NCBI GenBank assembly: GCA_038328705.1
Contig: JBBQMG010000004.1
Coordinates: 3,391-67,390 of the forward strand
DNA length: 64,000 nt
Direction: 5' to 3'
DNA from: Acidimicrobiales bacterium
Lineage (GTDB): Bacteria; Actinomycetota; Acidimicrobiia; Acidimicrobiales; Ilumatobacteraceae
Shown here: positions 46,775 through 55,255 of the stretch, in pieces
How positions within the stretch are numbered: position 1 is the first letter of the stretch
Layout: every line of letters begins with the position of its first letter
The notes under the pieces: generated by a model
Databases searched by the model: none
Seen by the model: only the letters and a program-made list of their open reading frames with translations
Told to the model about the DNA's origin: nothing
Made by a program: the position numbers and the translations under genes

Positions 46775-48076
46775 GTGACCGATCAGCCTCGTACGAATGC
46801 CAAGTTTTTTGCCCGCTCGTGTGCGGTCATTCCGGGCGGCGTGAACAGCAGCATTCGGGCGTTCAAGTCGGTGGGTGGCACGCCGTACATCGTCGATCGC
46901 GCAGAAGGCCCATACGTGTTCGATGTGGAAGGCACGCGCTACTTCGATCTCGTGCAGAGCTATGGCGCCATCATCCTCGGCCACGCACACCCGGTGATCA
47001 CGGCTGCCATCAGCGGCGCGGCCGCGGGCGGCACCTCGTATGGTGCGCCGACGCCGGGGGAGATGTTGCTGGCGGAGGAGATCGTCGCACGGGTGCCCAG
47101 CTGCGAGCGGGTGCGCCTGATGAACTCGGGCACCGAGGCCACCAGCACCGCGGTTCGCCTGGCGCGGGGCTTCACCGGTCGCGACCGCATCGTGATCTTC
47201 CACGGCAACTTCCACGGTGCCACCGATGCGCTGTTGGCGGCTGGTGGCAGCGGTGTTGCAACGCTCGGGCTACCGGGCACCGCCGGTGTGCCCGCGAGCG
47301 CTGTGGCCAGCACACTGGTGGTGCCGTACAACGTGGTGCCAGTGTTGGACGAGCAAGTGGCGGCGGTGTTCGTCGAGCCGCTGGCTGCGAACATGGGTGT
47401 CGTTGTGCCGGCGCCAGGCTTCCTCGAGGGCCTCCGCGCCGAGTGCGATCGCGTGGGCGCGCTGTTGGTGTTCGATGAGGTGATCACCGGCTTCCGTCTT
47501 GGTACTGGTGGCGCACAAGAGCAGTTCGGTGTGCGCGCCGACATCACCACGTTCGGCAAGGTCATCGGTGGCGGCCTGCCGATCGGGTGCGTCGGCGGCC
47601 GTCGCGACATCATGGAAACGCTGTCACCGCTGGGCCCCGTGTTTCACGCCGGCACGCTGGCGGGCAACCCGTTGGCCACAGCCGCTGGTCGGGCGGCACT
47701 TGCCCTGCTGACGCCCGAGGCGTACTCGTTGCTGCGTGGTCGCGCAGCGAGACTGTCGGCGTTGCTGACCGCCGCCTTTGCTTCGGCGGGTTTGGCGGCC
47801 AACTTCCCGGTCGTGGGCACGCTGGTGGGCATGTACTTCGGCGACGCGTTGGGTGCAGGTGTCGCGCCAACCAATTTCGCCGAAGCGAAGACCACCGACG
47901 AGGCGATGTTCCGTGTGTTCTTCCACGCGATGCTCGCCGAGGGTGTTGCTCTGGCCCCAGGTGCGTACGAAGCGGTGTTCGTTGGCTTGGGCCACACGGA
48001 CGACGTTCTCGATGCGATCGGTGCCGCGGCGGTTCGTGCCGCGGCGGCGACTGCTGCCGCTCTTCGCGTCGGCTGA
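46775..48076 (+). CDS. hemL: Glutamate-1-semialdehyde 2,1-aminomutase
   Basis: IPGGVNSSIRAF, LVFDEVITGFR and TFGKVIGGGLP are present. The GTG at 46775 is preceded by GAGGAG. Confidence 0.9.
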   Translation: MTDQPRTNAKFFARSCAVIPGGVNSSIRAFKSVGGTPYIVDRAEGPYVFDVEGTRYFDLVQSYGAIILGHAHPVITAAISGAAAGGTSYGAPTPGEMLLAEEIVARVPSCERVRLMNSGTEATSTAVRLARGFTGRDRIVIFHGNFHGATDALLAAGGSGVATLGLPGTAGVPASAVASTLVVPYNVVPVLDEQVAAVFVEPLAANMGVVVPAPGFLEGLRAECDRVGALLVFDEVITGFRLGTGGAQEQFGVRADITTFGKVIGGGLPIGCVGGRRDIMETLSPLGPVFHAGTLAGNPLATAAGRAALALLTPEAYSLLRGRAARLSALLTAAFASAGLAANFPVVGTLVGMYFGDALGAGVAPTNFAEAKTTDEAMFRVFFHAMLAEGVALAPGAYEAVFVGLGHTDDVLDAIGAAAVRAAAATAAALRVG

Positions 48077-48090
48077 CCTACGCTCTCGCC

Positions 48091-48804
48091 GTGCGGCAGT
48101 TCTTCACCCTGCGATTTTGGATGACGATTGCAGCGCTGGGCGGGCTGGCACTTGTGGTGGTCGCGTTTGCGAAGAGCCGCGAGTCCGATGCTGGTCCGCT
48201 GGCTGTCGATGTTGGCACGGCTACCCCCGATCGCACGATCGACGTGGTCGCGTGGGTCTACGCCGTGCAACCGCCGCCGGGTTTCGCCATCGTCGACGGC
48301 CGGGCGAACAAGGACATGGCGCTGATCATTGATGGAACTCGCACGATGATCATCACGGCAGGCACCCCTGGTGAGATGGACTGTCCGCGGTATGACGAGT
48401 TGGCGCAGTGCACGGTGGCCGCAGATCTTCTGGGTGATGGCGTGCTGTGGTTCTCCATCATCAAGGGCGTGCCGGGTGCAACCGTCGAGCTGCCCTCGGT
48501 GGCGGAGTTGCTGGACGGCGGTTGGGTCCGGTTGGAGAACGGCTGGGTGGTGCTCCACGCGCCGAAAGTCGAGCGCAGTTGCGTTGAGGACACTGCCTCG
48601 CTCGATGATTTCCTCGAACACTTCGGTGCCGCTTCCAAGTCCACCTTCAACTTCGAGCGACAGGAGGTCGTGAAGGTCACCTGTCCTGGTGGGTCAAGTA
48701 CGACGACGTCGACCGTGTTGCCCACGACCACCAACCCCAACGTCATCGATCCCACCGCGACGACGCTCGAACCCATCACCATCGACACCAGCGAAACCGG
48801 CTGA
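48091..48804 (+). CDS. Hypothetical N-terminally anchored extracytoplasmic protein with a Thr-rich tail
   Basis: TM segment FWMTIAALGGLALVVVAF, four Cys residues, and a C-terminal tail SSTTTSTVLPTTTNP. The upstream part of the ORF in the track overlaps hemL in another frame. Confidence 0.45.
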   Translation: MRQFFTLRFWMTIAALGGLALVVVAFAKSRESDAGPLAVDVGTATPDRTIDVVAWVYAVQPPPGFAIVDGRANKDMALIIDGTRTMIITAGTPGEMDCPRYDELAQCTVAADLLGDGVLWFSIIKGVPGATVELPSVAELLDGGWVRLENGWVVLHAPKVERSCVEDTASLDDFLEHFGAASKSTFNFERQEVVKVTCPGGSSTTTSTVLPTTTNPNVIDPTATTLEPITIDTSETG

Positions 48805-49173
48805 ATTCCCAGCCATCGCCCGCCCCCGTCCAGTTCGCCCGACACGTATCTCACCCATTTGCGCGCGCAAGGAGATTCTGGGTGCGAGCTGTCCCAAGAA
48901 GCGATCTGGGTGTCTTCCGTCCCGGAAGCCGGGACTGGACACACCCAGGTTTGTCTGCGATCGGCGCGGTGCGAACGGCAGCTGGCACCAGATGTTGTCT
49001 TGGGCTCCAGCGTCGAGATTCGGTGCCAGCGTTTGACATTTGAACGGCGCTGACGTCGCTGCCCCACACTCGACTGAAACTTTCTGGGTGTCGTTGCGTG
49101 TGTTGAACTGTGAATGTGTTGCGGCGGATGGATCGGGGCGAGCGAACCGCTGCCTGGCGGCCAATCCATCCCG

Positions 49174-49338
49174 ATGGGCAGTCAGGTCCTCGTAGCGGGC
49201 GGCTATCTCAACGTCAGCAACATCGAACGCCTGGCTGACTCTGCCGCCTCCGACCTCGCCAAAGAATGTGTCGACAACACCTACGGTGAGATCGCAGTCG
49301 TCAACAACCAGCCCGATGTCATCGTCGGCGTGAGCTAG
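49174..49338 (+). CDS. Possible 54-aa acidic small protein
   Basis: MGSQVLVAGGYLNVSNIERLADSAASDLAKECVDNTYGEIAVVNNQPDVIVGVS. About 78% of codons end in G or C. It is followed immediately by a strong hairpin and has no clear Shine-Dalgarno sequence. Confidence 0.35.
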   Translation: MGSQVLVAGGYLNVSNIERLADSAASDLAKECVDNTYGEIAVVNNQPDVIVGVS

Positions 49339-49340
49339 TT

Positions 49341-49393
49341 CCAACGCTGGGCCGGGATGTTGCACGTGCTGCGATATTCCGGCCCAGCGTTGG
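49341..49393. terminator. Long stem-loop between convergent genes (bidirectional terminator candidate)
   Basis: Perfect 15-bp arms CCAACGCTGGGCCGG (49341-49355) / CCGGCCCAGCGTTGG (49379-49393). The 23-nt loop contains the palindrome GCACGTGC. Confidence 0.6.
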
Positions 49394-49407
49394 CGGTTCG
49401 GCCCGAC

Positions 49408-50643
49408 TTACTTCAGCGAGTGGGCGTCGGCGTGGGCGATGTGGCCCAATGCTTGCCAGATGGCAGCGAGGATCACGGCTGAGCCGACGAACGCGAACCA
49501 GAACGGGCCGGTGACTCCCCAACGGTGAGCGATCACGCCACCGACAGCGGCGCCCACCACCAACCCACCCTGCACGCCGATCATGTAGACGCTGCCGACG
49601 CGACCTTGGAACTCGTTGGGTACCGCCCGTTGGCGCACGGCGGTCGAGGTGGTGGCCCACACCGAGGTGTGGATGCCGAAGATGAAGAACACGAGCATCG
49701 CCACTGCGGGCGTGCGCGTGACTGCGAGGCTGAGGTGGGTCAGCGTCTCGACGATGAGCCCACCGCGCATGATGTTGGCCAGGCTGATGCGCCGTTCCAC
49801 CGAGGTGTACGACCACGAGCCCAGGATGCCGCCGACGGCGCTGGCGGTGGTGAGCAGGCCGAAGCCGATCTCGCCCATCTTCAGGGTTTCGGTGGCGTAA
49901 AGCACCAGCACCGACCAAGCGGCGCCGAACGTGACGTTGAAGGTCACGATCGTCAGCGTCAGCGTGCGCATCGCAGGGTGCCTCCACAGCCAGCGCACGC
50001 CGTCGGCGATCTGTCGGCGCGCCGCTGTGCGAATGGTCGGTGCGTCGGGCTTCGACGTCGCAATGCGCGAGACCAATAGCGCGCCGAACCCCACGAGAAT
50101 GCCGTGCGTCACGAACGGCCAACCCATGCCGACGGCGAACAGCGCGGCGCCGATCGGGGGGCCGGCCAGTTGGTTGGCGGTGATGAAACCGAGAATCAGC
50201 CGTGAGTTGCCGAGGCCGAGGTCCGCAGGCTTGACGACCATCGGCAGCAAGGTCTGCGTGGTGGTGTCGGCGAACGTCTCGGCGATGCCGATGATGAACA
50301 TCGCGGCGAGGACCACGCCGACGTTGATGGTGTCGGTGGCGATCATCACCGACACCGCGACCAGCACGCAGGCACGCATTGTGTCGACCACGACCACGAT
50401 CATCCGCCGGTCCAACCGATCGGCGACGACGCCTGCGTGCAGCCCGAACAGCAGCCACGGCAGCCGCTGCAGGAGGGTGGCCAACGCAACCAGCAGTGGG
50501 TCGTGAGTCTGCGATGCGACCAGCAGCGGCCCCGCTGCCAGCCCGATGCCATCGCCAATATTGCTCACCCACGATGAAGCCAGCAGCCACCGAAAACTTC
50601 GCCCCAGCCGAGCGGGGGCGATGGACTCGACGACCCGACTCAC
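49408..50643 (-). CDS. MFS transporter (EntS/MFS_3-like exporter)
   Basis: 12-TM profile. N-terminus FRWLLASSWVSNIGDGIGLAAGPLLV. The GTG at 50643 forms a GTGA overlap with the upstream kinase stop. Confidence 0.85.
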   Translation of the reverse strand: MSRVVESIAPARLGRSFRWLLASSWVSNIGDGIGLAAGPLLVASQTHDPLLVALATLLQRLPWLLFGLHAGVVADRLDRRMIVVVVDTMRACVLVAVSVMIATDTINVGVVLAAMFIIGIAETFADTTTQTLLPMVVKPADLGLGNSRLILGFITANQLAGPPIGAALFAVGMGWPFVTHGILVGFGALLVSRIATSKPDAPTIRTAARRQIADGVRWLWRHPAMRTLTLTIVTFNVTFGAAWSVLVLYATETLKMGEIGFGLLTTASAVGGILGSWSYTSVERRISLANIMRGGLIVETLTHLSLAVTRTPAVAMLVFFIFGIHTSVWATTSTAVRQRAVPNEFQGRVGSVYMIGVQGGLVVGAAVGGVIAHRWGVTGPFWFAFVGSAVILAAIWQALGHIAHADAHSLK

Positions 50644-51560
50644 GATCGGTGCGGCACAGCGAGCGCGTCCGCGACCGCCAACATGTCGCGGCCAAAGGGC
50701 TGCAGCTCGAGGCTCGTCGCCAGCAGGCCGGTAGACACGCGCTCGACCACGCCCCACTCCCATGTGGCGACTGCGTCGAGGTCGCAGCGGTCGGCCAGCC
50801 ACTGTGCCCGCCGCCAGCTGGCGTCGACAACAGATGGTGCAGCGAGCAGTTCATCAGCGTCCTCGCGCATGATGATTCCCAGGTCGTACTCCGCCTCCGC
50901 GATCAGCCCATCGGGGTCGATCAACTTGAAACCGTCACCGGCTTGCAGCACGTTCCACTCGTGTACATCGCCGTGGACCAGTACCGACCGTCGGTCGTCG
51001 TGGGCCGCCATGCGACGGTGAGCGCAATCGACCGCGTGAATGACCGCCTCCCGCGAACATGGCTCACCCAGTTGTGGCCATTGGCTGGTGATGCTGTCGA
51101 TCAACCACTGACCCTTCTTCGCACCACTGCGCAATTCGCTTCCGTCGACGGGCCGCCAGAAGTTCAATGCGGTTGCGCAGAGGATCTCGTGGCGCTGGTC
51201 CAGCCCCAAGCGAAGGTCGTGCAGCGACGGGCCGAGCCGCTCGAGCAGTAGCGCCCGACGTTCACGATCGGCACGCAGCAGCCCCACGCAACTGTCGCCG
51301 TTGGCGAGCTGGAGCACCGTGATCTCATGATTCTCGAACGCATCAGGGCGCGGGATCAGCAGCTTCAGTACTGCCCCGCTGCCGTCGTCCATCGTCACTG
51401 CCGCCACGAACGCTTCGGTGCCGTCCGCGAACGCGTCGCCGACGCTGAAGCCCCACTCGTTTGCCAGTGTGTCCACCAGAGCTGAAAGGCCTCCCAACCA
51501 TTCCGTCGCGCCGGCAGCAATCGCCTTGTTGCTCAGAATGCCGGACGGCTCGATCCGCAC
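50640..51560 (-). CDS. Aminoglycoside/hydroxyurea-type phosphotransferase, APH(6)-like
   Basis: Kinase catalytic loop LVHGDVHEWNVL and LIDPDGLIAEAEYDLG are present. Confidence 0.7.
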   Translation of the reverse strand: MRIEPSGILSNKAIAAGATEWLGGLSALVDTLANEWGFSVGDAFADGTEAFVAAVTMDDGSGAVLKLLIPRPDAFENHEITVLQLANGDSCVGLLRADRERRALLLERLGPSLHDLRLGLDQRHEILCATALNFWRPVDGSELRSGAKKGQWLIDSITSQWPQLGEPCSREAVIHAVDCAHRRMAAHDDRRSVLVHGDVHEWNVLQAGDGFKLIDPDGLIAEAEYDLGIIMREDADELLAAPSVVDASWRRAQWLADRCDLDAVATWEWGVVERVSTGLLATSLELQPFGRDMLAVADALAVPHRS

Positions 51561-51567
51561 GACGGCT

Positions 51568-52653
51568 TCAGACTGCGCGGTGGCGGGCGACTTCGAAGGT
51601 GGCCAGCGCCGCGGCGGCGCTGACGTTCAGCGAACTCAGCCGGCCCAGCATCGGAATGCTGACGATCATGTCGCAACGCTCGCGCACGAGGCGTGACAGC
51701 CCGGCGCCCTCGGCACCCAACACCAGACAGATGCCTTCGACTGCAAGATCGCCGATCTCGAACAGCGTCTTGTCGGCCGCATCATCGAGGCCAACGACCC
51801 AGATGCCGGCTTCTTTGATGCGAGCCAGCGCGGCGGGCAAGCCACCCACCACTGACATCGGCACGTGTTCGACGGCACCAGCCGCTGCCTTGGCGACGGT
51901 GGGGGTCACGTGCACGGCACGATGTCGGGGCAGCACGACGCCCTGCACGCCAGCGCCGTCGCAACAGCGCAGCAACGCGCCCAGGTTGCCCGGGTCGGTC
52001 ACTCCATCGACAGCCACCAGGAACGGCTGTTTGTTGCCCTTGCGCACCAGCAACGTCGTCAGCTCGGTCTCCTGTAGCGGCGCGGCAAATGCCAACACAC
52101 CCTGCGGGGCCTCGCTGCGAGCCTGCTCGTCCAGCCGACGACGAGCCACCTTGGTGACGGTCACGCGCATGGTGGTGGCGATGTCGAAGATGTCGCCGAT
52201 CACCTCGTTCTGGTTGCCCTCGGCATCGAGCTCGACCGACACCCACACTTCGTGCACTCGTCGCTTGCCTGCCAGCAGCAGCTCGCGCACGGCCTGACGG
52301 CCCTCGATCTGCTCGCCGCCCAAGGGCTTGTCCACGGGGCGATTGCGCTCGTCACCGGGAACCGCGATCTTGCCGGTGCGCCCGGCGCCACGCGAGGCGT
52401 ACTGACGGGCACCCGTCACGCCGCGGTTGCTCTCCGAACGCGATCCACCGGAACGCTCGGCCCGCGCCGGGCGCGCTCCAGCCGCGCCTTCTGGCTTGCC
52501 ACCAGCGAACTTGCCGCCCGCCGACTTGCCGCCGACTGGCTTGCCGCCAGCCGACTTCGGACCAGCGGACTTGCCGCCGCCGGCCTTCCCGGCACCCGAG
52601 GTACGCGCACCGCGCGGCCCGCCCTTGTTGCCTACTGGTTTGCCTGGCTTCAT
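51568..52653 (-). CDS. rlmB: 23S rRNA (guanosine-2'-O-)-methyltransferase RlmB with a Gly/Lys-rich N-terminal extension
   Basis: The SpoU core is present (VDGVTDPGNLGALLR, LVLGAEGAGL, IPMLGRLSSLNVS). The N-terminus carries GGK(S/P/F)AGGK repeats. Confidence 0.85.
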   Translation of the reverse strand: MKPGKPVGNKGGPRGARTSGAGKAGGGKSAGPKSAGGKPVGGKSAGGKFAGGKPEGAAGARPARAERSGGSRSESNRGVTGARQYASRGAGRTGKIAVPGDERNRPVDKPLGGEQIEGRQAVRELLLAGKRRVHEVWVSVELDAEGNQNEVIGDIFDIATTMRVTVTKVARRRLDEQARSEAPQGVLAFAAPLQETELTTLLVRKGNKQPFLVAVDGVTDPGNLGALLRCCDGAGVQGVVLPRHRAVHVTPTVAKAAAGAVEHVPMSVVGGLPAALARIKEAGIWVVGLDDAADKTLFEIGDLAVEGICLVLGAEGAGLSRLVRERCDMIVSIPMLGRLSSLNVSAAAALATFEVARHRAV

Positions 52654-53804
52654 CGATCTTGTCCTTGCGCTTGGATGACGGCCACCGCCCACACGGCGAT
52701 GCCTTCCTGGCGGCCGAGAGCGCCAAGGCCCTCTGCCCGGCGGCCCTTGACGGTGACGGGTGCACCTGCCGCTTCACTGAGCCGCTGCTGCATCGTCGCC
52801 CTGTGTGGCGCCAGTTTCGGTGTCTCACAGACAACCGAACAGTCGACGTTACCGACCACGAACCCCGCTTCGTGCACGAGCGCGACCGCGTGGCGCAGCA
52901 GCACCAGCGAATCGACGCCCTTCCACTGCGGGTCCGTGTCGGGAAAGTGCTCGCCAATGTCGCCCAAACCGGCGGCGCCCAGCAGCGCATCAGTCACCGC
53001 GTGGGCGACCGCGTCGGCGTCGCTGTGCCCGTGCAGGCCACGAGTTCCCTCGAACGTCACCCCTCCCAACACCAGCGGTCGCGACGGGTCGTCACTGAAA
53101 CGATGAATGTCGAACCCCTGCCCCACACGAATCATTGGAGTCTCCCGTCGAACGTGTCGCCGTGCCCAGGCCAGATCGTCGGGGCTGGTGATCTTGCGAT
53201 TGTTCGCGTCGCCGGCCACCACGACCACGCGTCCACCGGCCGCCTCGACCAACGCTGCGTCATCGGTGGCCACGTTGCCGACCAGATAGGCAGCGCGCAA
53301 CACGTTCGCACGAAACGCCTGCGGTGTTTGCACGGCCATCAGCTCAGCGCGGTTCGGCGTGTGCACAACCAGGCCGTCGCCGGCGACCTGCTTGATCGTG
53401 TCGGCCACCTCCACGCCCGGGATCGCGCCGTCGGCACCAGCCACAACGGCGGACACCACACGGTCAAATACGTCACCGGAGGCGAACGGGCGCGCCCCGT
53501 CGTGCACGCACACGATGGTCGCCTCGGCGGGGACCTGCGCCAGCCCTGCCCGAACGGACTCGCTGCGCGTCGCTCCGCCAGCGACTCCACCCTCGCGAGC
53601 GACATCCGCAGCAGGAACAACGACCACCACACCATCGCTGGCAGCACGGGCCGCAGCTACCGACCAGTCCAACACTCGCTGAGACCCCAGCGACTCGTAC
53701 TGCTTGAGACCACCGAAACGTGCTCCTGAGCCGCCGGCGACGACGATTGTCCACACCGATTCCAACCGATTTGCGGACCCGGTCTCCGGTTGCTGCGTGG
53801 ACAC
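52650..53804 (-). CDS. ispDF: Bifunctional IspD/IspF (MEP cytidylyltransferase / MEcPP synthase)
   Basis: The IspD N-terminus is VVAGGSGARFG. The IspF core is IRVGQGFDIHRF ... GHSDADAVAHAVTDALLGA. Both lie in one frame with no intervening stop. GTG at 53804 is preferred. Confidence 0.85.
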   Translation of the reverse strand: MSTQQPETGSANRLESVWTIVVAGGSGARFGGLKQYESLGSQRVLDWSVAAARAASDGVVVVVPAADVAREGGVAGGATRSESVRAGLAQVPAEATIVCVHDGARPFASGDVFDRVVSAVVAGADGAIPGVEVADTIKQVAGDGLVVHTPNRAELMAVQTPQAFRANVLRAAYLVGNVATDDAALVEAAGGRVVVVAGDANNRKITSPDDLAWARRHVRRETPMIRVGQGFDIHRFSDDPSRPLVLGGVTFEGTRGLHGHSDADAVAHAVTDALLGAAGLGDIGEHFPDTDPQWKGVDSLVLLRHAVALVHEAGFVVGNVDCSVVCETPKLAPHRATMQQRLSEAAGAPVTVKGRRAEGLGALGRQEGIAVWAVAVIQAQGQDR

Positions 53805-53834
53805 CCCGGCGAGGGTAGTACCGTTCGGCTGACC

Positions 53835-54497
53835 ATGGCTCACGAAGAACTGCTCGCCCGTACCGATTTCTTCGCCGACGCGCCCCCCGCGATCGTGCGC
53901 GACATGGCTGCCGCTGGAAGCGAGCTCCACCTCATTCGTGGTGATGTGCTCTTCCGCGAGGGCGATCTTGCCGACTCGCTATACCTCGTGGTCAGTGGCC
54001 GCATAGCGATTGCGATTGCGAATCCCATCGACCACCGTGAGACCGTCGTGGCGTTGATGGACGCCGGCGACCTGTTCGGTGAGATGAGCATGCTCGATGA
54101 TGGCCCCCGTTCGGCCATGGCCCGCTCGCTGGAACCGTCCACGGTTTTCGCCATCCCGTTCGACCCGGTGGTGAAGGCCTTCCGCAGCGACCCTCAGTTG
54201 CTGTGGGGTGTCACCCGCCTGCTGGCGCACCGCCTGCGCGTGATGGACGAGGCTCTGGCGGACAGTGTGTTCCTCGACGTCACCGGGCGTACGGCCAAGC
54301 GCCTGCTCGAATTGTCCGAGGGTGCCGACGAGTTCGTGCTGCCCATCACGCAGGAGGAACTGGCCGGCATGGTCGGTGCCTCGCGCGAGCGGGTCAACAA
54401 GGCCATCGCCAGTTTCATCCGCCTCGGCTACATCGACCAGCACGAGCGCCACTACACAATCCTCAAGCGCGACGCGATGGAGCTCCGCGCCCGCTAG
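53835..54497 (+). CDS. crp: Crp/Fnr-family (GlxR/CRP-like) cNMP-binding transcriptional regulator
   Basis: The cNMP-binding domain (GDLFGEMSMLD, RSAMARSL) and the C-terminal HTH (QEELAGMVGASRERVNKAIASF) are present. Confidence 0.9.
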   Translation: MAHEELLARTDFFADAPPAIVRDMAAAGSELHLIRGDVLFREGDLADSLYLVVSGRIAIAIANPIDHRETVVALMDAGDLFGEMSMLDDGPRSAMARSLEPSTVFAIPFDPVVKAFRSDPQLLWGVTRLLAHRLRVMDEALADSVFLDVTGRTAKRLLELSEGADEFVLPITQEELAGMVGASRERVNKAIASFIRLGYIDQHERHYTILKRDAMELRAR

Positions 54498-55255
54498 GCG
54501 TCGCGGCGGTTGACGGCCCAGCTGCCCAGGGCGACAAGCCCCAGCGCGACTGCACCGAAGTAGCCGCCGGCAACAATGCGCGACGGGCCGCCATCACCGA
54601 TCGACTCGATCAGCACCAGGCGAATACCGGCTTGGAACGGCATCCACAGGCCGATCTTGTCGTTGCCCGTGACGACGCTGAGCAGCGCGCCGACCAAACC
54701 TTCGGCGATCAGCGGCCACACGATCAGAATGGAAACGGCCACTGGCGTGCTGCGGGTGATGAGGCCGAAGCCGTAACCGGCCAGCGACATGAACGCTGTC
54801 AGCACGACAGCTCCGGCCATGGCCGGGACAGCAGTCGGCACGTCGGCAAGATCGATCGTGGCACCACGACTACTGGCGATGTTGCTCCCCGCAAGCCATC
54901 CGATCAGCACGACGATGGTCGCCAGCAGAGTTGTCGCGACGACCACCACCACACCTTTGGCGATGATCACCTGGACGCGCTTTGGTGTCGCGGCGAACGT
55001 CGGACGGATGGTGCCGAATCCGAACTCGCTGGTGATGGATGCAGCGGCGATGACCCCGCAGAGCAACGCAGCCACGACGATGGTACCCGTCAGCACGCTG
55101 GTCAGATCGCGTGTGTTGAACCCGGCCGCGTCGCCGCTGAAGTAGGCGGTCAGCAGCGTGACCATCAGCGGGAAGGCGACGGCGATGATGGCCAGCACCC
55201 AGTTCATGGTGACGGTGCGCAGCTTGATCCACTCGGAACGCAGCAAGTTGATCAT
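54494..55255 (-). CDS. ABC-2-type transporter permease
   Basis: 253 aa with about six TM segments. N-terminus MINLLRSEWIKLRT. ATGA overlap with the ATPase stop. Confidence 0.8.
   Translation of the reverse strand: MINLLRSEWIKLRTVTMNWVLAIIAVAFPLMVTLLTAYFSGDAAGFNTRDLTSVLTGTIVVAALLCGVIAAASITSEFGFGTIRPTFAATPKRVQVIIAKGVVVVVATTLLATIVVLIGWLAGSNIASSRGATIDLADVPTAVPAMAGAVVLTAFMSLAGYGFGLITRSTPVAVSILIVWPLIAEGLVGALLSVVTGNDKIGLWMPFQAGIRLVLIESIGDGGPSRIVAGGYFGAVALGLVALGSWAVNRRDA

Noticed and set aside
49174-51560. The idea that the 54-aa ORF is a RiPP precursor processed by the nearby APH-like kinase and exported by the MFS pump.
   Set aside because: The small ORF is convergent with those genes rather than co-oriented. 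It has one Cys and few Ser/Thr, and no leader/core organisation. No cyclase, dehydratase or protease genes are present.
52650-53804. Whether ispD and ispF are two overlapping genes rather than a fusion.
   Set aside because: The IspF-type start (MIRVGQGFDIH) lies in the same frame as IspD with no stop codon between them. The sequence encodes a single polypeptide, although internal initiation cannot be excluded.
54494-54497. The convergent crp and ABC-permease genes share a palindromic CTAG, so their TAG stop codons overlap on opposite strands. nhaA and the XRE gene (29973-29992) and the GT2 and DUF45 genes (27574-27588) overlap in a similar way.
   Set aside because: This is real but commonplace gene packing in compact high-GC genomes. 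There is no evidence of regulatory significance.
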